Assembly (NCBI GenBank): GCA_964519725.1
Contig: CAZFKS010000007.1
Location: 1,221 to 65,220 of the forward strand
DNA: 64,000 nucleotides
Direction of reading: 5' to 3'
DNA from: an uncultured Gammaproteobacteria bacterium
GTDB taxonomy: Bacteria; Patescibacteriota; Patescibacteriia; Magasanikbacterales; UBA922
The notes under the pieces were generated by a model. That model saw only the letters and a list, made by a program, of their open reading frames with translations, ran no database searches and was not told where the DNA came from. Shown here piece after piece: positions 59,782 to 64,000 of this stretch (the stretch's first letter is position 1; every line of letters begins with the position of its first letter). The position numbers and the translations under genes are program-made.

Positions 59782-61379
59782 AAGCCTGGCTTTTAAAGAA
59801 TAAATTTCTCGCTACACTCTTAATTTTACTGGTTGGGCAATTTTTCTTTATCTCACCACTCGGCGAATTTCCTCTCAACGATGATTGGGTACACGCGGAA
59901 ATGGTGCAACATTGGTCTGACACTGGCTTGTTTCGACTCAACCCCTACGTTGGCCCACTTCTCTACACCCAATTAATTTACGGCACAGCGCTAAGTAAAA
60001 TTTTTGGATTCTCCTTTACCTTACTTCGTTTTTCTAGTTTGGCGCTCATGGGCGGCCTCGTGATTGGTTTATTTCTCTGGCTCAAAAAACAAACCAATAA
60101 TGAACCACTTGCTTTTTTTAGTGCCTTGCTAATTTGGCTAAACCCAATTGCTTACAGTCTATCATTCACCTTCATGACCGACGTGCCAGCACTCGCGGTT
60201 TTATTTTTTTCAATTGCGGCTTTTTACACTGGCGCCAGCAAACAGAAAACTACTTACTTCTGGCTCGGTGGTTTACTCGCAGCCGCAGGCTTTTTCATTC
60301 GCCAAACCACCATTTTAATTTTACCTGCCGCTGGCGTACTCTGGTTAATACAAAAACCGATTCGAAAATTAAAATTCCTATTACCAATTGTAATCCCCGG
60401 CTTAACTGCGGTAGCGATTTATTACTGGCTTGGCCAACATAATTTAATTGGTGAAGGCACTAGTTATCATGAGATTGAAAACAAAACTGAATTGCTTAAA
60501 CACGCACTCTGGTGGGGTGTTTACACCATGCTCTACCTGGGTTTATTTTTACTTCCACTTTCAATTTCGCTTTTCAAAAAAGTAAAAACTTGGTGGTATC
60601 TAAATTTTGGCGCGCTTGGCACAACTTTTTCCCTCTGGCTCTGGCTGCGTCGTCACGAATCGTTCCCCTATGTTGGGAACACTATTAATCACTTTGGTCT
60701 TGGTCCATACACTGATGTTTTAAGTGGTACATTTGTTCCATTATTTCCAAGCGCTGTCTGGATAACAACCTCACTCCTGGCTGGTTTTGGGGCTGGTTTA
60801 CTCACGTTTATTATTGGCCAGTGGCTCATTACTAAAAAAACTTACCAGAGTAAACATTTTTTCATTTTATTTTTTGCTCTAATTTTTACTGCCCCAATTT
60901 TATACGTCACTAGTTTTGACCGTTATTTTCTACCACTCACTTTGGCCGGAATTATCATGCTTAATTTAGAATTTAAAAATAATAAACCACATTGGCTCAG
61001 CTGGTCACTTCTCTTAATCATGGCTGGTTACACTTTGACCCAAACTCAATTTTATTTAAATTGGAACCGCGTTCGCGCCGAATTAGTTACGAGCGCCTTT
61101 ACTGATCATGGCGCCAAAATCGACACCCTTGATTCTGGTTACGAATGGACTGGTTACTATGATTATTGGCTCGCCACCCAGGAACCAAAAAACTACCGCT
61201 GGCCAGCTGGTAGTCCGTGGTGGGTCAAAAATTTAATGATTAATATTAATCGCGACCAAGTGATCACTGCTTCGCCGCTACCCAATTATCACACTGTGGA
61301 AACACGCACAGTGTGGGGTCTAAATCCCAATCACACTCTATACTTGCAGCAGAAAAATGACGTGTCTGACCAAAAGTGA
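59778..61379 (+). CDS. GT-C membrane glycosyltransferase (PMT/ArnT-like)
   Basis: EFPLNDDW, FGFSFTLLR, TFMTDVP, IRQ, DRYFLP; polytopic. Confidence 0.8.
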   Translation: MKAWLLKNKFLATLLILLVGQFFFISPLGEFPLNDDWVHAEMVQHWSDTGLFRLNPYVGPLLYTQLIYGTALSKIFGFSFTLLRFSSLALMGGLVIGLFLWLKKQTNNEPLAFFSALLIWLNPIAYSLSFTFMTDVPALAVLFFSIAAFYTGASKQKTTYFWLGGLLAAAGFFIRQTTILILPAAGVLWLIQKPIRKLKFLLPIVIPGLTAVAIYYWLGQHNLIGEGTSYHEIENKTELLKHALWWGVYTMLYLGLFLLPLSISLFKKVKTWWYLNFGALGTTFSLWLWLRRHESFPYVGNTINHFGLGPYTDVLSGTFVPLFPSAVWITTSLLAGFGAGLLTFIIGQWLITKKTYQSKHFFILFFALIFTAPILYVTSFDRYFLPLTLAGIIMLNLEFKNNKPHWLSWSLLLIMAGYTLTQTQFYLNWNRVRAELVTSAFTDHGAKIDTLDSGYEWTGYYDYWLATQEPKNYRWPAGSPWWVKNLMININRDQVITASPLPNYHTVETRTVWGLNPNHTLYLQQKNDVSDQK

Positions 61380-61403
61380 TACAATTTCTTTATAACCTCT
61401 TGT

Positions 61404-61715
61404 ATGCTTTTAGAAACTTGGTTCCCTTATATTCCAACTTCATCAGTCCCAGAAACACTGGTCTATGTGGTCGGCGCGCTTGGGGCTGTTCTCCTGATTT
61501 ACGCGATTTTTTTGGACGTGGAAACGCGCCAAGATTTGGTCATGCTAATTGGCGCGACCGCCTTACTCGTTTACGCTCTATTCTTGCGCAACTTAATTTT
61601 CTCTGTGGCCATGGCTGGTGTTGCCCTAGCCTCAATCTTCGAATTTGTGGAAATTTATACTGGTCTCCACAAACATAGTCCTAAAGATTTTGAACGGGTA
61701 AAAAAATTAAAATAA
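61404..61715 (+). CDS. Small membrane protein (three TM segments)
   Basis: 103-aa hydrophobic ORF coupled to the kinase by a TAA-T-ATG junction. Confidence 0.7.
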   Translation: MLLETWFPYIPTSSVPETLVYVVGALGAVLLIYAIFLDVETRQDLVMLIGATALLVYALFLRNLIFSVAMAGVALASIFEFVEIYTGLHKHSPKDFERVKKLK

Positions 61716-61716
61716 T

Positions 61717-62646
61717 ATGGCCTCGGTTTTAACTATTGGCGACGCAACCCTTGATACTTTTCTCAATATTCACGATGCCACGGTTCAGTGCGATTTGCAG
61801 AAAAAAAATTGTCAGCTTTGTTTTTCTTACGCGGAAAAAATTCCCATTCACGAGTCTATTCAAAGTGCGGGCGGCAATGCGATTAATGTTGCGGTTGGAC
61901 TCAGTAAATTAGGGGTTAAAACAGCCGTGGCTTCAGAAATTGGCCAGGATAATAATGGTAATTTAATTGTGGAGGCCCTCAAAAAAACCAAGGTTAGTGA
62001 CCGCGAAATTAAGCGTGATAAAAAAACTTCAACCCGCTATTCAGTAATCTTAAATTTCAAAGGTGAACGCACTATTCTGGGCTTTCATCCACCACACACC
62101 TATAAACCACTGAATTTAAAAAATAACTACGACTGGATTTACTACTCTTCGCTTGGTCCAAGTTTTGAAACCATTCAAGTTAGTTTGAAAAAATATTTAG
62201 CGAAACACAAAAAAGCTACTTTGGTCATGAATCCAGGCTCATACCAATTAAAGGAAAAATTGCCTGAGGTAAAAAAAATATTACCACTCACTAATGTTTT
62301 AATTGTTAACCGCGAAGAAGCCGAAACATTAGTTGGTAAAACCAAAGATACAGAGCAACTCGCCAAAAAATTACTAAACACCGGTCCCCAAATAGTGGCC
62401 ATTACTGACGGCGCGCGCGGTGCTTACGCTGCGACCACGCATGGTTTTTATTTTGCCCCTCCCCTTCCAATCAAACCAATTTCTACCACTGGCGCTGGCG
62501 ATGCGTTTTCGAGTGGCTTCCTAGCCGCTTTGGTTAAAGGTAAAGATTTAAAAAATGCCCTACACTGGGGCATCAAAAATTCTTCAAGCGTAATCCAACA
62601 TTTTGGCGCTCAAACCGGCCTTCTCTCTGTCAAAGACCTCAAATAA
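61717..62646 (+). CDS. PfkB family carbohydrate kinase
   Basis: GGNAINVAVGLSKLG, NPG, NREEA, TDGARG, TTGAGDAF.SGF. Confidence 0.92.
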   Translation: MASVLTIGDATLDTFLNIHDATVQCDLQKKNCQLCFSYAEKIPIHESIQSAGGNAINVAVGLSKLGVKTAVASEIGQDNNGNLIVEALKKTKVSDREIKRDKKTSTRYSVILNFKGERTILGFHPPHTYKPLNLKNNYDWIYYSSLGPSFETIQVSLKKYLAKHKKATLVMNPGSYQLKEKLPEVKKILPLTNVLIVNREEAETLVGKTKDTEQLAKKLLNTGPQIVAITDGARGAYAATTHGFYFAPPLPIKPISTTGAGDAFSSGFLAALVKGKDLKNALHWGIKNSSSVIQHFGAQTGLLSVKDLK

Positions 62647-63339
62647 TTACAGCAAGTGGAGCATACTGCGTGCGACCAGTTCTTTTTTGCGTCCCACAAA
62701 ATGATCATGCGCACTGCACACGGCTTCAAAGTCGAGGGCCGGGCCAAGTGACGCAATCCCTAATTCAAGATCACGCACATGCTGCCTAATTTCCCGCGCC
62801 AACCCCAAATTTTCTTCCTGCTCAGCTAGTTTTTTCAGGCGGGTAAGTTCGCCCTCAATGGTGGCATAACGTTCAGTGTAATATGCAATCCGCTTTTCAT
62901 ACAATTTACGGTCAGCTAAAAGAGCGGCCTGTCGAGCAAAAGCCCGAATGTCACACATAATATCTACCAATAGTTCATGTAGTTCAGTTCGCTCTTCAAC
63001 CGTAAACGCTTTGGCACCCTCGCCACTATACAAAGCTGTCCAGCTGCCACTTTTGCGATATTTTTCGTACGCTGCCCTCAAACTATAGGAAGCCTTGCGA
63101 GTAAGCAAAGTTTCACCCATTTTTTTCAAATACGTTTGAACTAACTCTTCAAACGCCTGCGTGTAGGGCCACAATTCTTTGGCGTACTTAATAATTACAT
63201 CTTCAACCTCGGTCACAGTTTGCGGTGTACGCGCCAGCCGTTCTAATTCATGCTCCAAATTAGCCTTAGTTGGTTCAGGCACTAGCGGTGGCAAATTAAA
63301 ATACAGTCGTTCAAGAAAATGCGCGGTAAATTCTGACAT
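62647..63339 (-). CDS. Hypothetical alpha-helical protein
   Basis: 230-aa ORF with TGgTATAAT 8 nt upstream of the ATG. Confidence 0.75.
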   Translation of the reverse strand: MSEFTAHFLERLYFNLPPLVPEPTKANLEHELERLARTPQTVTEVEDVIIKYAKELWPYTQAFEELVQTYLKKMGETLLTRKASYSLRAAYEKYRKSGSWTALYSGEGAKAFTVEERTELHELLVDIMCDIRAFARQAALLADRKLYEKRIAYYTERYATIEGELTRLKKLAEQEENLGLAREIRQHVRDLELGIASLGPALDFEAVCSAHDHFVGRKKELVARSMLHLL

Positions 63340-63358
63340 ACGTGGTCATTATACCACA

Positions 63359-63829
63359 TTATTTGCGCAGTGACTCACCAATTACATACATGGCAATCCC
63401 CGCGGCCACACTCACATTTAAACTTTCTTTTTTACCATACATTGGAATATGCACCACCTCATCAGCCAGCGCTAAAATTTTCCGGTCCACACCATCTACT
63501 TCATTCCCAACCACTAAAGCAAGTGGTCCACAAAATTTAACTGTACCCAAATCCACACTTTGTTCGTTTTTCTCCAAGGCCACAATTCGTACACCAGCGG
63601 CTTTTAATTTTTTCACTAGCCGCACAGTATCTTTGACCTGCTTCCAGGGCATCCATTTTTCCGCGCCAAGTGAAACTTTATCAATCTGTGGTTTTGGTGG
63701 CGTCGCTGTATAACCCGTCAAATATAAAAAATCCACACCACACGCATCGGCTGTCCTAAATAAAGCCCCAACATTATGACAGGACCGAATATCTGGCAAC
63801 ACTAAACTAAACTGAGGTACGGTCTTCAT
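63359..63829 (-). CDS. SpoU/TrmH family RNA 2'-O-methyltransferase
   Basis: HNVGALFRTAD, VVGNEVDG, IPMYGKKESLNVSVAAG. Confidence 0.92.
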   Translation of the reverse strand: MKTVPQFSLVLPDIRSCHNVGALFRTADACGVDFLYLTGYTATPPKPQIDKVSLGAEKWMPWKQVKDTVRLVKKLKAAGVRIVALEKNEQSVDLGTVKFCGPLALVVGNEVDGVDRKILALADEVVHIPMYGKKESLNVSVAAGIAMYVIGESLRK

Positions 63830-63999
63830 ACCCCTGGTAAATCCCCAGCTTGGTCAAGCAAAGTGAGTAGTCCTGGATTTTTAGCGTGCAAATATCCAAA
63901 AACTTTTTGGTACCGAGCCCGATCCCGATCACTTTTTAAATTTTCAATTAGTAACCGCAAAGCAATCATTGTATCTTCATCAACTTCTAGCCCATCATC
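63826..63999 (-). CDS. C-terminal end of an unidentified gene (partial, runs off the right edge)
   Basis: Open frame DDGLEVDEDTMIALRLLIENLKSDRDRARYQKVFGYLHAKNPGLLTLLDQAGDLPGV*; its TGA overlaps the SpoU start (ATGA). Confidence 0.6.
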   Translation of the reverse strand, partial: DDGLEVDEDTMIALRLLIENLKSDRDRARYQKVFGYLHAKNPGLLTLLDQAGDLPGV

Positions 64000-64000
64000 A

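Overview
A gene-dense, AT-rich bacterial window that uses the standard genetic code (TGA is a stop). It looks like a Patescibacteria/CPR (Parcubacteria-type) chromosome; this is inferred from gene content, giant Ser/Thr/Gly-rich surface proteins and the scarcity of Shine-Dalgarno sites. Most genes are housekeeping: tsf-rpsB, rpmE-prfA-prmC, rplY, rodA, gyrB, secE-nusG-rplK, rplA, gatB, miaA, thrS, a PilB-type ATPase, ftsH, rpsA, gyrA, ruvA, ileS and rpiB-rpe-trxB. There is also a compact dTTP operon (dCMP deaminase, P-loop kinase, dut, thyA, folA, tmk), surface proteins, two GT-C glycosyltransferases and several orphans. I found no rRNA, tRNA, CRISPR array or mobile element. Main observations: (1) two atypical T-box riboswitches (thrS, ileS) with an ultrashort Stem I that carries the cognate codon in its terminal loop; the thrS one has no recognisable Stem II yet controls an intrinsic terminator. 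(2) A divergently transcribed locus encoding an ATP-grasp ligase, a BshC-like protein and a MurL-like PP-loop enzyme, possibly an undescribed peptide or cell-envelope pathway. (3) A PEP-utilising phospho-His-domain protein just upstream of the dTTP operon. (4) Frequent near-leaderless promoters and stop-T-start gene junctions. (5) Shared motifs and leader structures at ribosomal-protein promoters. Product calls come from recognising motifs by eye, not from database searches.
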